Shown here in pieces: positions 29,763 through 39,471 of a stretch of DNA of 64,000 nt. Below the pieces are notes generated by a model. That model saw only the letters and a program-made list of their open reading frames with translations, did not search any database and was not told the origin of the DNA. Numbering within the stretch: the first letter of the stretch is position 1; the number at the start of each line of letters is the position of its first letter. Source of the DNA: Candidatus Limnocylindria bacterium (GTDB lineage: Bacteria > Chloroflexota > Limnocylindria > P2-11E). The stretch lies in NCBI GenBank assembly GCA_046262615.1, contig JBHEML010000003.1, positions 16,529 to 80,528 of the forward strand. The letters are read 5' to 3'. A program made the translations under genes and the position numbers.

Positions 29763-30977
29763 CTAACGGCGCTCGGCCTTCTTCTTCTTGCCGCCGAGGA
29801 GGGCGCGATCCTCCTCCTCCAGCTCATCCTCGTCCGCGGCAGCCGACTCGGCCTCGACCTGGGCCACCAGGTCGTGGCGGACCTCGGTCTCATCCTCGAC
29901 GACGACCGGCTCGGGCACGATCTCGGGCTCAGGCTCGGGCTCGGGCTCGACCTCCGCGCGCACCTCGGACTCGCTGCGAATGTCGATGCGCCAGCCCGTG
30001 AGCTTCGCGGCAAGACGCGCATTCTGTCCTTCCTTGCCGATCGCGAGCGAGAGGAAGCGGTCGGGCACGACGACGTACGCCGTCTTGTCGTCCACGACGA
30101 TGTCCACGCGGACGACCGGCGCCGGAGAGAGCGCGTTCTTGACGAACGCCTCGGGCTTGTCCTCGAACGGGATGATGTCGATCTTCTCGCCGCCGAGCTC
30201 GTTCACGATCGCCTGCACCCGAAGGCCGCGCTGGCCGACGCATGCACCGACCGGGTCGAGGCCCGGCTGCCGCGCGCGCACGGCGATCTTGCTGCGCGAC
30301 CCGGCCTCGCGGGCGATGCCCACGATCTCGACCTGCCCGTGGTAGATCTCGGGGACCTCGAGCTCGAAGAGCCGTTTCACCAGACCGCGGTGCGCGCGGC
30401 TCACGATGATCTGGGGACCGTGGATCGTCCGGCGCACCTCGAGCACCAGCAGCTTGCGGTGCTGGCCGACGAAGTACCGCTCGTGCGGTGCCTGCTCGCT
30501 CCGCGGCAGGATCGCCTTCGCCTTGCCGAGCTCGATGATGGCCGAGCCCGCCTCGAAGTGGTCGATCTGCCCGTTGATGATGTCGCCCTCGCGGTCGGCG
30601 TACTCGGCGTAGACCTGCTCGCGCTCCGCCTCCCGCAGCGACTGCTGGATGACCTGCTTGGCCGTCTGCGCGCCGATCCGGCCGAGGGCCGCCGCCGACT
30701 CCTCGAGGGGTACGACGTCGCCGAGCTGCGCGTCGGGCTTGATGCGGCGGGCCGACTCGAGCTGGATCTGGAGTTTGGGGTCCTCGACCTTCTCCACGAC
30801 GTTCTTCAACAGGTACACGCGGAAGGCGCCCGTCTGGATGTCGACCTTGACGTCGATGTTCTCCTCGGCGCCGTAGGCGCGCTTGAGGGCGCGGGCGATG
30901 ATGTCGCCAACGACCTCCTTGGGGAGGCCCTTCTCTGCGGAGAGCTGCGCGAGTCCGGCGACAAGCTCGCGGTTCAT
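29763..30977 (-). CDS. nusA: transcription termination/antitermination factor NusA
   Basis: NusA N-terminal domain, S1 domain and KH1/KH2 domains ([26 protein letters not shown]), with an acidic EPEPEP tail. Confidence 0.95.
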   Translation of the reverse strand: MNRELVAGLAQLSAEKGLPKEVVGDIIARALKRAYGAEENIDVKVDIQTGAFRVYLLKNVVEKVEDPKLQIQLESARRIKPDAQLGDVVPLEESAAALGRIGAQTAKQVIQQSLREAEREQVYAEYADREGDIINGQIDHFEAGSAIIELGKAKAILPRSEQAPHERYFVGQHRKLLVLEVRRTIHGPQIIVSRAHRGLVKRLFELEVPEIYHGQVEIVGIAREAGSRSKIAVRARQPGLDPVGACVGQRGLRVQAIVNELGGEKIDIIPFEDKPEAFVKNALSPAPVVRVDIVVDDKTAYVVVPDRFLSLAIGKEGQNARLAAKLTGWRIDIRSESEVRAEVEPEPEPEPEIVPEPVVVEDETEVRHDLVAQVEAESAAADEDELEEEDRALLGGKKKKAERR

Positions 30978-31026
30978 GCAGCGCTCCCCTCTTCCTCTTC
31001 AGTTGCCCGCGCCGGTATCCGGGCGA

Positions 31027-31053
31027 CAAAAAAGGTGGGATCGCGCCCACCTT
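31027..31053 (-). terminator. rho-independent terminator downstream of ruvA and upstream of nusA
   Basis: The minus strand reads AAGGUGGGCGCGAUCCCACCUUUUUUG. The stem is GGTGGG/CCCACC with a 6-nt loop, followed by a run of six U. Confidence 0.6.
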
Positions 31054-31154
31054 CCCGGCCCGAGCGGCGCACGGACGTGGTCCGCGTACCGAGCGCAATG
31101 ATAGCAGGGAACGGAAGGCGAGCGGGCCGAGAGGACGTCCCGGCGGAACCAGGT

Positions 31155-31694
31155 TCAGCGCCGAGCGGCGAGCCTCAGCGCTGCGGAGAGCCGTTCCTCG
31201 GTGCCGGCCGCCGCGGCGTTGGGCACCTGGCGGAGGGCCGCGGCCGCCTCCGCCGGGGTGTAGCCGAGGGCGACCAGCGCCGCCAGCGCCTCATCCTCGA
31301 GCGCGGCGCTGGCGGGGGCCCCGCCCGCCGGCATGCCCGCGACCTTGGAGCGCAGATCGACTATGAGTCTTTCCGCCGTCTTCTTCCCCACTCCCGGGGC
31401 GCGCGCCAGGAAGGCGGAGTCGCCCGCAGCGATCGCCATGGCCACGTCGGGTGCGCGCGCAACCGACAGCAGCGCCAGCGCCGCGCGGGGGCCGACGCCC
31501 GACACGCCGATCAAAAGCTCGAAGAGGGCGAGTTCCTCGCCGGAGTCGAACCCGAACAGCCACTGCCCGTCCTCCCGGACCACGTGGTGCGTGTGCAGAA
31601 GCACGTCGGTGCCGGCGGGCTGGCGTGGGACGAAGACGCGGTAGCCGATGCCAGCGACGTCGACGACCACATGATCTACGCCTCGCGAGCGCAC
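31155..31694 (-). CDS. ruvA: Holliday junction DNA helicase RuvA
   Basis: [15 protein letters not shown]... in the OB domain, [16 protein letters not shown] and [16 protein letters not shown] in the HhH domains, and a C-terminal domain III. Confidence 0.85.
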   Translation of the reverse strand: MRSRGVDHVVVDVAGIGYRVFVPRQPAGTDVLLHTHHVVREDGQWLFGFDSGEELALFELLIGVSGVGPRAALALLSVARAPDVAMAIAAGDSAFLARAPGVGKKTAERLIVDLRSKVAGMPAGGAPASAALEDEALAALVALGYTPAEAAAALRQVPNAAAAGTEERLSAALRLAARR

Positions 31695-31711
31695 CTGGCC
31701 GCGGACCGACG

Positions 31712-32227
31712 CTATAAAGGCCGGGCCTCCCCCGCGGCGCTCGCCGCGGTCACCGCGCGTTCGAACCGCGCGCGGTACGCGTGGGTGAGCGCGATGGCCA
31801 CCGCGTCCGCGACGTTGTCCTCGGCGATCTCGCGGCCGACGAGCACGTGCACCATGCGCTGCACCGCGCGCTTATCGGCGCCGCCCGCTCCGGTCACCGC
31901 GAGCTTGACCTCCTGCGGCGTGTACTCAACGACGGTCATTCGCGCGCGCGCCGCGGCCAGAAGCGCGACGCCCCGGGCCTCCGCGACCGACATCGCGGTG
32001 CGCACGTTCCTGTTGAAGTACAACCGTTCCAGAGCGAGCGCCCCGGGCGCATGGGCATCGATGAGCGCGTCGAGCGCGTCTGATATCGCGAGAAGCCGTT
32101 CGCCAGTGGTCCCGCTCGCGGGCGCGCGCACCATGCCGCAGTCCCGCAGCGCGGCGGGGTCGCGCGCCGCGTCGAGGATCGCGTAGCCCATCCCCGTCGT
32201 ACCCGGATCGATGCCGAGCACGATCAA
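31712..32227 (-). CDS. ruvC: crossover junction endodeoxyribonuclease RuvC
   Basis: [18 protein letters not shown]...[13 protein letters not shown]...[10 protein letters not shown]. Confidence 0.9.
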   Translation of the reverse strand: MIVLGIDPGTTGMGYAILDAARDPAALRDCGMVRAPASGTTGERLLAISDALDALIDAHAPGALALERLYFNRNVRTAMSVAEARGVALLAAARARMTVVEYTPQEVKLAVTGAGGADKRAVQRMVHVLVGREIAEDNVADAVAIALTHAYRARFERAVTAASAAGEARPL

Positions 32228-32967
32228 GCGGTCTCGAGCACCTCTTCGGGCACGTCGAAGTTGGCGTGCACCTTCTGCACGTCGTCAAGCTCCTCGAGCG
32301 ATCCCACCAGGCGCAGCACCTTACGCGCCTGGTCGCCTTCCAGGTGGACGGTGGAGCTCGCACGCATCGAGACCTCGGCCGAGGCGGCAGGGATGCCGGC
32401 GGCCTCGAGCGCGCGCTTCACCCGCTCGATCGCGCCGGGGACCGTGTACACGGTGACGAGGCCGGGTTCGGTCTCGACGTCCTCCGCCCCGGCGTCGATC
32501 GCCACCAGGCCGATCTCCTCGGCCTCGTGGGTCCCCGGCTCGATCTCGAGGACGCCCTTCTGCTCGAAGATCCACTGCACCGAGCCCGACTCGCCGAGCT
32601 TGCCGCCACTGCGTACGAAGGTCGAGCGGATCTCGGAAGCCGTGCGATTGCGGTTGTCGGTCGCCGCCTCGACCATGATGGAAACTCCGCCGGGACCGTA
32701 TCCCTCGTACACGACGCTCTCCATCTGCGCGCCCTCGCCGGCGCCCGTCGCGCGTTCGATGGCGCGCTGGATGTTCGCGTACGGCATGTTCACTCCGCGC
32801 GCGCGATCGATCGCGAGCCGGAGCCGGAAGTTCGCGTCTGGGTCGCCGCCGCCCTCGCGCGCGGCCAGCATGATCTCGCGGGTCATCTTAGTGAAAACGA
32901 CGCCTCGCTTGACGTCCGCGGCGCCCTTCTGGCGCTTGATCTGGCTCCATTTTGAATGCCCGCTCAT
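32224..32967 (-). CDS. yebC: YebC/PmpR family DNA-binding transcriptional regulator
   Basis: MSGHSKWSQIKRQKGAADVKRGVVFTKMTREI is the hallmark N-terminus. The gene overlaps ruvC by 4 nt. Confidence 0.9.
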   Translation of the reverse strand: MSGHSKWSQIKRQKGAADVKRGVVFTKMTREIMLAAREGGGDPDANFRLRLAIDRARGVNMPYANIQRAIERATGAGEGAQMESVVYEGYGPGGVSIMVEAATDNRNRTASEIRSTFVRSGGKLGESGSVQWIFEQKGVLEIEPGTHEAEEIGLVAIDAGAEDVETEPGLVTVYTVPGAIERVKRALEAAGIPAASAEVSMRASSTVHLEGDQARKVLRLVGSLEELDDVQKVHANFDVPEEVLETA

Positions 32968-32990
32968 CGTGGCGAATACTATCCGGACCC

Positions 32991-35075
32991 ATGCCGCCGA
33001 CCTCCCCCGAACACATCCGCAACGTCGCCGTCGTCGGACACGGCGGGTCCGGAAAGACGAGCCTCGTCGAGACGCTGCTGCATTTGACCGGCGCGACGAC
33101 GCGGCTCGGCAAGGTCGACGACGGCACGAGCATCCTCGACACCGATCCGGAGGAGCAGAAGCGACGGATCACCATCAACCTCGCCGTCGCGGCATTCACG
33201 AGCGACGGCACGAAGCTGAACCTGCTTGACACGCCGGGCTTCGCGGACTTCGCCGGCGACCAGCGGGCCGCGCTGCGGGTGGCCGACGCCGCGCTAGTCG
33301 CTGTCGACGCGTCGAGCGGCGTGCAGGTCGGCACGCAGGCGGTGTGGGAGGAGCTCGACCGGACGCGCACGCCACGCGTGGTGGCAGTGACCCGCCTGGA
33401 TCGCGAGAACGCGGACTTCGATGTCGTGCTCGAGCAGCTGCGGACCGCGTACGGGATCCGCGTCGTGCCTCTCCACGTGCCGGTCGGCGCCCACCAGGAG
33501 GTCTCGGCGACGATCGATCTCCTGCACGGGGCGGTCCTCCACGGGCCGAAGGATCCGATCGCCGAGATGTCCGGCGACGACTCGGCGCGCGTTGGCGACT
33601 ATCGCCGTCAGCTGGTCGAAGCCATCGTCGAGACCAACGACGACCTGCTCACCCGCTACCTCGAGGGCACCGATCTCACGTACGAGGAGTTGCGCGATGC
33701 GCTCCACGCGGCGGTGCGCGACGCCACGGTGATCCCTGTCGTCGCCACCTCCTCGAGCCGGAAGGTCGGTTTCGCTGCGCTGCTCTCTGCGATGGTCGAG
33801 ATGCTCCCGTCGCCGGCGGAGCGCGGGGCGGTCATCGGCCTGTCCTCGGACGGGCAGGAGGTCGCGCGAAAGCCGGAGCCGGGCGACAAGCTGTCGGCGT
33901 TCGTCTTCAAGACGCTCGCGGACCCGTTCGTCGGCAAGCTCTCGTACGTGCGGATCTACTCAGGCACGCTGCATCACAACGCGCAGGTCTACGACGCGGT
34001 CAAGAAGGAGACCGAGCGCGTCGGCCAGATCTTTTTCCTGCGCGGCAAGGAGCAGGAGCCCGCGGACGAGGTGGGCGCCGGCGACATCTGCGCCATTCCC
34101 AAGCTCGCGGCCTCCAACACCAACTCGACCCTGTGCGACCGCGACGCGCCCATCGAATACCCGGCGATCCAATTCCCACCGCCATCGTTCGGCGTAGCGA
34201 TCGAGCCGCTGTCCAAGGCGGACCTCGACAAGCTCTCGACCGCGCTGCACAAGCTCACGGACGAGGATCCGACCGTCCACGTGCGTCGCGACGACGCGAC
34301 GCACGAGACGATCCTCTCGGCCGTCGGAGAGTCGGCCGTCGAGGTCGCGGTGCACCACCTGAAGGACAAGTTCGGCGTCCAGGTGGAGACGCGTACCCCG
34401 CGCGTCCCATATCGCGAATCGCTGCGCGCGAAGGCGTCGGCCCAGGGCCGCTACAAGCGGCAGACCGGCGGGCACGGCCAGTTCGGAGATGCGTGGCTCG
34501 AGGTGGAGCCCCTTTCCGTCGGGTCGGGTGTGGAGTTCGCAACGCGCGTCGTGGGCGGGGCGGTCCCGAAGAACTTCTTCCCCGCGGTCGAGAAGGGCGT
34601 GCGCGAGCAGGCGCAGAAGGGCGTGCTCGCGGGCTACCCGCTCTCCGACTTCAAGGCGACGCTCTTCGACGGCTCATACCACACGGTCGACTCGAGCGAG
34701 ATGGCATTCAAGATCGCCGGTTCCCTCGCGCTCCAGAACTGCGTCAAGGACGCGCAGGCGTACCTGCTCGAGCCGATCATGGATGTCGAGGTCATCGTGC
34801 CGGAGGAGCAGATGGGCGACGTGCTCGCCGATCTCAACAGCCGGCGCGGGCGCGTGCTCGGCATGGAGACCTCCGGCGCGGGCCACCAGCGGATCCGCGC
34901 GCACGTGCCCATGGCCGAGACCTTCCGGTACGCGACCGACCTGCGCTCGATGACCGGCGGGCGCGGCACCTTCACCGCGACGCTGCTCGGGTACGAAGAA
35001 TGCCCCTCGCACATCGCGCAGAAGGTCATCGCCGAGCACGAGAGCCAGAAGGAAGAGGCCGCCGCCGCGCGCTAG
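32991..35075 (+). CDS. elongation factor G paralog (EF-G2-like GTPase)
   Basis: The internal ATG at 32991 gives MPPTSPEHIRNVAVVGHGGSGKTSLVETLL, then DTPGFADF, VTRLDR, and EF-G domains II to V through to the C-terminus. The protein is about 694 aa. The translation elsewhere in the window is canonical. Confidence 0.85.
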   Translation: MPPTSPEHIRNVAVVGHGGSGKTSLVETLLHLTGATTRLGKVDDGTSILDTDPEEQKRRITINLAVAAFTSDGTKLNLLDTPGFADFAGDQRAALRVADAALVAVDASSGVQVGTQAVWEELDRTRTPRVVAVTRLDRENADFDVVLEQLRTAYGIRVVPLHVPVGAHQEVSATIDLLHGAVLHGPKDPIAEMSGDDSARVGDYRRQLVEAIVETNDDLLTRYLEGTDLTYEELRDALHAAVRDATVIPVVATSSSRKVGFAALLSAMVEMLPSPAERGAVIGLSSDGQEVARKPEPGDKLSAFVFKTLADPFVGKLSYVRIYSGTLHHNAQVYDAVKKETERVGQIFFLRGKEQEPADEVGAGDICAIPKLAASNTNSTLCDRDAPIEYPAIQFPPPSFGVAIEPLSKADLDKLSTALHKLTDEDPTVHVRRDDATHETILSAVGESAVEVAVHHLKDKFGVQVETRTPRVPYRESLRAKASAQGRYKRQTGGHGQFGDAWLEVEPLSVGSGVEFATRVVGGAVPKNFFPAVEKGVREQAQKGVLAGYPLSDFKATLFDGSYHTVDSSEMAFKIAGSLALQNCVKDAQAYLLEPIMDVEVIVPEEQMGDVLADLNSRRGRVLGMETSGAGHQRIRAHVPMAETFRYATDLRSMTGGRGTFTATLLGYEECPSHIAQKVIAEHESQKEEAAAAR

Positions 35076-35169
35076 ACGCCCGGCGCTGCCGGTGCCTTGC
35101 AGCTCGGGCGCGGAATTCGCGCCGGATCACCTCCGCGAGCGTCGTCAAACGATGGCGGACACCGCCGCT

Positions 35170-36441
35170 CTACGGCGTGTTGGCCACCATCCGCGTCACG
35201 AAGTACGAAAGCGTCCACTCGGCCAGCAGCGTCGCGCGATTGCGCACGCCGAGGAGCTGGAGCAGGTAGTTGACGCGCCAGATGGCCCACGCCGGGAAGC
35301 CGCCGAAGACGATGTTCCCCGTCGGTACGGGGCCAAGGCGGAGCATGTTCGCGCCGGCGTGGGTTCGCCCGAGCGCGATCAGGTCGCCCTTGGCCTTGTG
35401 CCGGTACGGCTCGAGGGGCTCGCCGCGGACGAGGTGGGCGATGTTCGACGCGACGCTCGGGGCCTCGAGCGTCGCCACCTGGGCGAGCTGCGCGAGCGGC
35501 TTCCCGTGCCAGTCCATGAAGGCGGCGTCGCCGAAAGCGAGGAGGTCATGACGTCCGCCGATCCGGAATGCGCTGTCCACGACGACCCGGCCATCGCGGG
35601 CGTGCGGGACGCCGGCGAGCGCGCTCACCAGCGGGTGCGTCCGCACTCCGCCCGCCCAGACGATCGTCTGCGCGCGGACCTCTCGGCCGTCCTTCAGCCG
35701 CAGCACTCCGGGACGGATCTCGGTGACGAGGGTGCGCATCAGGACCTGCACCCGCTGCTGCGCGAGCCGCTTCGCCGCGAGACGGCTCAGGCGGCGGTCC
35801 ATCTGCGGGATGGCGCGGTCGGAAGCGTCGATGAGCACGATCGCGACGTCGCGGTCGAAGTCGATCGATCGGTGCATCGGCCGGAGCGAGTGGTCCATCA
35901 GGTCGCGGATCGACGAGGCGGTCTCGACGCCCGCCGGTCCGGCGCCGACGATCGCGAACGTGAGCAGCTCACGCCTTCTCGCCGGGTCGCGCTCGACGAC
36001 GGCGCTCTCGAAGCTGTCGAGGATGCGGCGGCGGACGGCCTCGGCGTCCCCGAGCAGCTTCAGCGGGAGCGCATGCTCGCGCACTCCCGGGATCCCGTAG
36101 TCGTTCGTGATGCTGCCCGGCACCAGAACGAGGTGCTCGTACGCGAAATCTCCGTCTGCCGTCCGTACGACGCGCGCCTCCGTGTCGATCGCGTGCGCTT
36201 CTGTCTTCACGAAGCTGAAGCCGGCGTGCGCGGTCGCGCGCCGCAGCGGGTACGCGACGGCGTGCGGCGGAAGCTCGCCGGTCGCCACCTGGTACAGCAG
36301 TGGCGTGAAGAGGTGGTAGTCGTTGCGGTCGATGAGCGTCACGTCGATCTCGCCCCGGCGCAGCAGGCGCTCGAGCCACCGCACCAGGTGAAGCCCGGAA
36401 AAACCGCCACCGAGGATGACGACCCGAGGACGCCGGATCAT
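35170..36441 (-). CDS. ndh: type II NADH dehydrogenase (NDH-2) / FAD-dependent pyridine nucleotide-disulfide oxidoreductase
   Basis: MIRRPRVVILGGGFSGL...second Rossmann motif FAIVGAGPAGVE. The ATG at 36441 overlaps the upstream stop (ATGA). The track's N-terminal 124 aa are junk. Confidence 0.8.
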   Translation of the reverse strand: MIRRPRVVILGGGFSGLHLVRWLERLLRRGEIDVTLIDRNDYHLFTPLLYQVATGELPPHAVAYPLRRATAHAGFSFVKTEAHAIDTEARVVRTADGDFAYEHLVLVPGSITNDYGIPGVREHALPLKLLGDAEAVRRRILDSFESAVVERDPARRRELLTFAIVGAGPAGVETASSIRDLMDHSLRPMHRSIDFDRDVAIVLIDASDRAIPQMDRRLSRLAAKRLAQQRVQVLMRTLVTEIRPGVLRLKDGREVRAQTIVWAGGVRTHPLVSALAGVPHARDGRVVVDSAFRIGGRHDLLAFGDAAFMDWHGKPLAQLAQVATLEAPSVASNIAHLVRGEPLEPYRHKAKGDLIALGRTHAGANMLRLGPVPTGNIVFGGFPAWAIWRVNYLLQLLGVRNRATLLAEWTLSYFVTRMVANTP

Positions 36442-38105
36442 CCGCGTCCCCTCGCGACCTCGGCCTCGATCCGCTCGAGCTCTCCGCGGTACGCCGCGGT
36501 GATGCGGTCGTCCGGATCCAGCCGCTGCGCCTGGTCCAGCCTGGAGCGTGCCCTGTCCAGCTCCCCCGCACGCAGCTGCGCGAAGCCGGCGTCGGCGACG
36601 TAGCCCGCGTCGTCCGGCCGCAGCTCGGCGGCGGACTCGAGCAGCGCGCGCGAATCGTCGACGCGGCCCGCCTGCAACAGCGCGACGCCGAGCTCGTGCA
36701 GCGCGTCCGGCTGATCCGGCCACAACTCGAGCGCTCGCCGGAAGTCGCGCTCGGCGGTCTGGACGTCCCCCGCGCGCCGCGCGAGAAGCCCAAGGCCGAA
36801 GTGCGCCTCCCACAGATCGGGCGCCGTCGACGCGATCCGCTGGAGCGTCGCCATCGCGCGGGGAAGCTCCGCCTCGTCGGCTTCGATCGCCGCGCGTCCC
36901 GATGTTTCGAGGTCCCGCTCGAGGTCGGGCGAAGCCAGGCCGAACAGGAGCCGCCGCGCGGCCGCGGCGATCTCTCCGGACCGCTCGCGCTGCAGAAGCG
37001 CGATGAGCTCCTCACGGGCGTCTTCCCGCCGGCCGCCGAGGATCAGCATGCGGGCGAGGCTGACGCGCATCCCGTTCGGCGCCCCGGCGGCGAGCGCCTC
37101 GCGGTAGCGTTCCGCCGCCGCCGCGAAGTCCCCTCGCTGCGCCGCGAGGGCGCCCAGCAGCGAGCGAGCCGCCGTGTAGTCCTCGCTGTCGCTCGCGATC
37201 CGGCGAAGGCGCGCGGTGGCGCTTTCGGGAGCGCCGGACTCGACGTAGAGCTGCGCGAGGCGCAGCTGGTCGGCTTCGGAGAGCGACTTGAGCGCGTCCG
37301 CGTGCTCGAAGGCGACGATCGCGCCGGGCCGGTCGCCGACGCTCCTTCGGAGCTCGCCGAGCAGGTAGTGCGCGCGCCAGGATCGCCCGCCCAGCTGGGT
37401 CAGCGCCTCGAGCGACGCGATGTGCCGCGGCTCGTCCCGGTGTTCGAGCGACGCCGCCGCGAGCACGAGCAGGCGCTGCTCAGCCGCGGCGCACGCTGGG
37501 TCGGCGCGGAGCGCGTGAAGGTGACGGCGCAGCGCGCGATCCATTGCGGCAGCGGCGCGCTCGGGATCGCTCGCGCGCAGCAGCGTGGCGTTGACCTCTT
37601 CGTCCATCGCCTCGAGCACCGCCTTGTACGCGGCGTCGTTGGCGGCGGCCGGGCCGGTCGTGTCGGCGCCGGTCTCGGTCCCCAGGGCGCGGGCGACCCA
37701 TCCCGCGAGGACGGGCTCGACGGTGCGCAGCTCGCGCGCGTCGATCCGCTCGCTGCCCACGCTGTCCTTCGTCGCGACGCGCACGAGCGTGACCTCGAGC
37801 GTCGCCCCCTCGTCCTCCTGCAGGTAGGTCCCGGTCAGCACATGGCTCGCGCCGACCGAAGACCCGTAGTCCGCAGCGAGCTCGGGACCCGGCGTCGAGC
37901 CCAGCACGAGGTAGCCAGCACCAGGGCTGCCCTCGGCGACGCTGACCATGAACACCGGCCGTAGCTCGATCCCCGCGGCAGCGCCCGCGTCGGCGAAACG
38001 TTCGACGACGCGCCGCGCGATCTGGCGGGCCCACGCACCCGCTGCTGGGCCACCGCCGCGCGCGCCGAAGGGCACGACCGCGACGACGAGCGGCGCGTCG
38101 GTCAC
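36438..38105 (-). CDS. TPR-repeat protein with N-terminal TolB-N-like domain
   Basis: GTG 38105 overlaps the tyrS stop as GTGA. The N-terminus reads VTDAPLVVAVVPFGARGG...AWARQIARRVVERF and is followed by about 10 TPR-like helical repeats. Confidence 0.6.
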   Translation of the reverse strand: MTDAPLVVAVVPFGARGGGPAAGAWARQIARRVVERFADAGAAAGIELRPVFMVSVAEGSPGAGYLVLGSTPGPELAADYGSSVGASHVLTGTYLQEDEGATLEVTLVRVATKDSVGSERIDARELRTVEPVLAGWVARALGTETGADTTGPAAANDAAYKAVLEAMDEEVNATLLRASDPERAAAAMDRALRRHLHALRADPACAAAEQRLLVLAAASLEHRDEPRHIASLEALTQLGGRSWRAHYLLGELRRSVGDRPGAIVAFEHADALKSLSEADQLRLAQLYVESGAPESATARLRRIASDSEDYTAARSLLGALAAQRGDFAAAAERYREALAAGAPNGMRVSLARMLILGGRREDAREELIALLQRERSGEIAAAARRLLFGLASPDLERDLETSGRAAIEADEAELPRAMATLQRIASTAPDLWEAHFGLGLLARRAGDVQTAERDFRRALELWPDQPDALHELGVALLQAGRVDDSRALLESAAELRPDDAGYVADAGFAQLRAGELDRARSRLDQAQRLDPDDRITAAYRGELERIEAEVARGRG

Positions 38106-39331
38106 GCGCCCTCCGCCCAGCGGATGCGCCGCGCCTGGCGCCTGCCCACCTGCACGAGCGGCTCCCCCTCCGACGCGACCGCGGTGGATGCGTCGGCGGC
38201 CCGCCCGTCGACGCGCACGCCGCCCTGGCTGACGACGCGCCGTGCTTCGGAGCGGCTGCTCGCGAGCCCTGCGCGCACCAGAAGATCGACGACCGGGACG
38301 AAACCGGAGCCGTCGCGCGCGAGCGTGACGACCTCGGCTTCGGCTGGCGCCCCTCTCTCGCGGAACTGCCGCGCGAAGGCGACCGACGCCTCTTCCGCGG
38401 CCGCGGGCGAGTGCAGTTCGGATGTGATCCGGCGCGCCAGCATCGCCTTGGCGTCGCGGGGGTGCAGCTCCTGCTTCGCGAGCGCCTCGAGCGTCGCTCG
38501 GACCTCGCCAAGCGGCATGTCTGTCGCCCATTCGAAGTAGTGCGGCATCAGGTCGTCCTTGATCGCCATGACCTTTCCGTAGACCTGCTCCGGCGTGTCG
38601 GTGAGCCAGATCGCGGTCGCCGGCTTCGACTTGCTCATCTTCTCGCCGTCGAGTCCCTCGAGGAGCTGGATGATGAACACGTTCTGCGGCCGCTGGCCGA
38701 CCTGCCCCTGGAGCTGACGGCCGACGAGCACGTTGAATTCCTGGTCCGTGCCGCCGACCTCGACGTCGCTTTCGATGGCGACGGAGTCGTACGCCTGGAG
38801 CAGCGGGTACAGGAGGTCCTTCACCGGGATCGGCGCATTGGCGGCCATGCGCTTGCGAAACTCCTCGCGGGCGAGCATCTGCTGCGTGGTGAAGCGCGCC
38901 GCGAGGCGGATCACGTCCGTCAGCGTGAACCGGCCGAACCATTCATTCTGGTGCACGATGCGGACGCCCTCGCGCGGCACCACGCGGTGGAACTGTGCGA
39001 GGTACGTCGCGGCGTTCTCGAGGACCTGCTCGTGGGACATCGTCGGACGGCTCTCATCGCGGTCGGTCGGATCGCCGATCTGCGTCGTCCAGTCGCCCAC
39101 GATGATGACGATCTCGTGACCCCACTCCGCGAACTGGCGCAGCTTGCGCAGGCAGACCACGTGGCCGAGGTGCAGATTGGGCCGGGTCGGGTCGAAACCC
39201 TGCTTGATGACGAGGCGCCGCTCGCCGCTGGCGAGCAGCGCCCGCAGGTTCTCGCGGTCGATGACGCGCGCCACCGCGCGGGTCAAGAACTCGTCGAGGG
39301 ATGTCTCCGTGGGACGCACCGGCATGCCCAA
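38102..39331 (-). CDS. tyrS: tyrosine--tRNA ligase
   Basis: KQGFDPTRPNLHLGHVV is the HIGH motif and KMSKS is present exactly. A C-terminal S4-like domain follows. Confidence 0.9.
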   Translation of the reverse strand: MGMPVRPTETSLDEFLTRAVARVIDRENLRALLASGERRLVIKQGFDPTRPNLHLGHVVCLRKLRQFAEWGHEIVIIVGDWTTQIGDPTDRDESRPTMSHEQVLENAATYLAQFHRVVPREGVRIVHQNEWFGRFTLTDVIRLAARFTTQQMLAREEFRKRMAANAPIPVKDLLYPLLQAYDSVAIESDVEVGGTDQEFNVLVGRQLQGQVGQRPQNVFIIQLLEGLDGEKMSKSKPATAIWLTDTPEQVYGKVMAIKDDLMPHYFEWATDMPLGEVRATLEALAKQELHPRDAKAMLARRITSELHSPAAAEEASVAFARQFRERGAPAEAEVVTLARDGSGFVPVVDLLVRAGLASSRSEARRVVSQGGVRVDGRAADASTAVASEGEPLVQVGRRQARRIRWAEGA

Positions 39332-39471
39332 AAGGATATGGGCGCTCGGGGAGCCTCTACGATTGAGCCATCGCTCGCTCGACGACCCACGACCACGCGC
39401 TCCGCCGCGGCGCGTACAGCGCGTCCCGCCGCGGCGGTGGCTCCGGCCGGAGGCTGCCGGGCATCCGAGGC

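Noticed and set aside
28869-32186. 1105-aa plus-strand ORF spanning infB, nusA, ruvA and ruvC antisense
   Set aside because: Arg/Ala/Gly-rich low-complexity translation, as is typical for antisense frames in high-GC DNA. The opposite strand encodes four well-conserved proteins.
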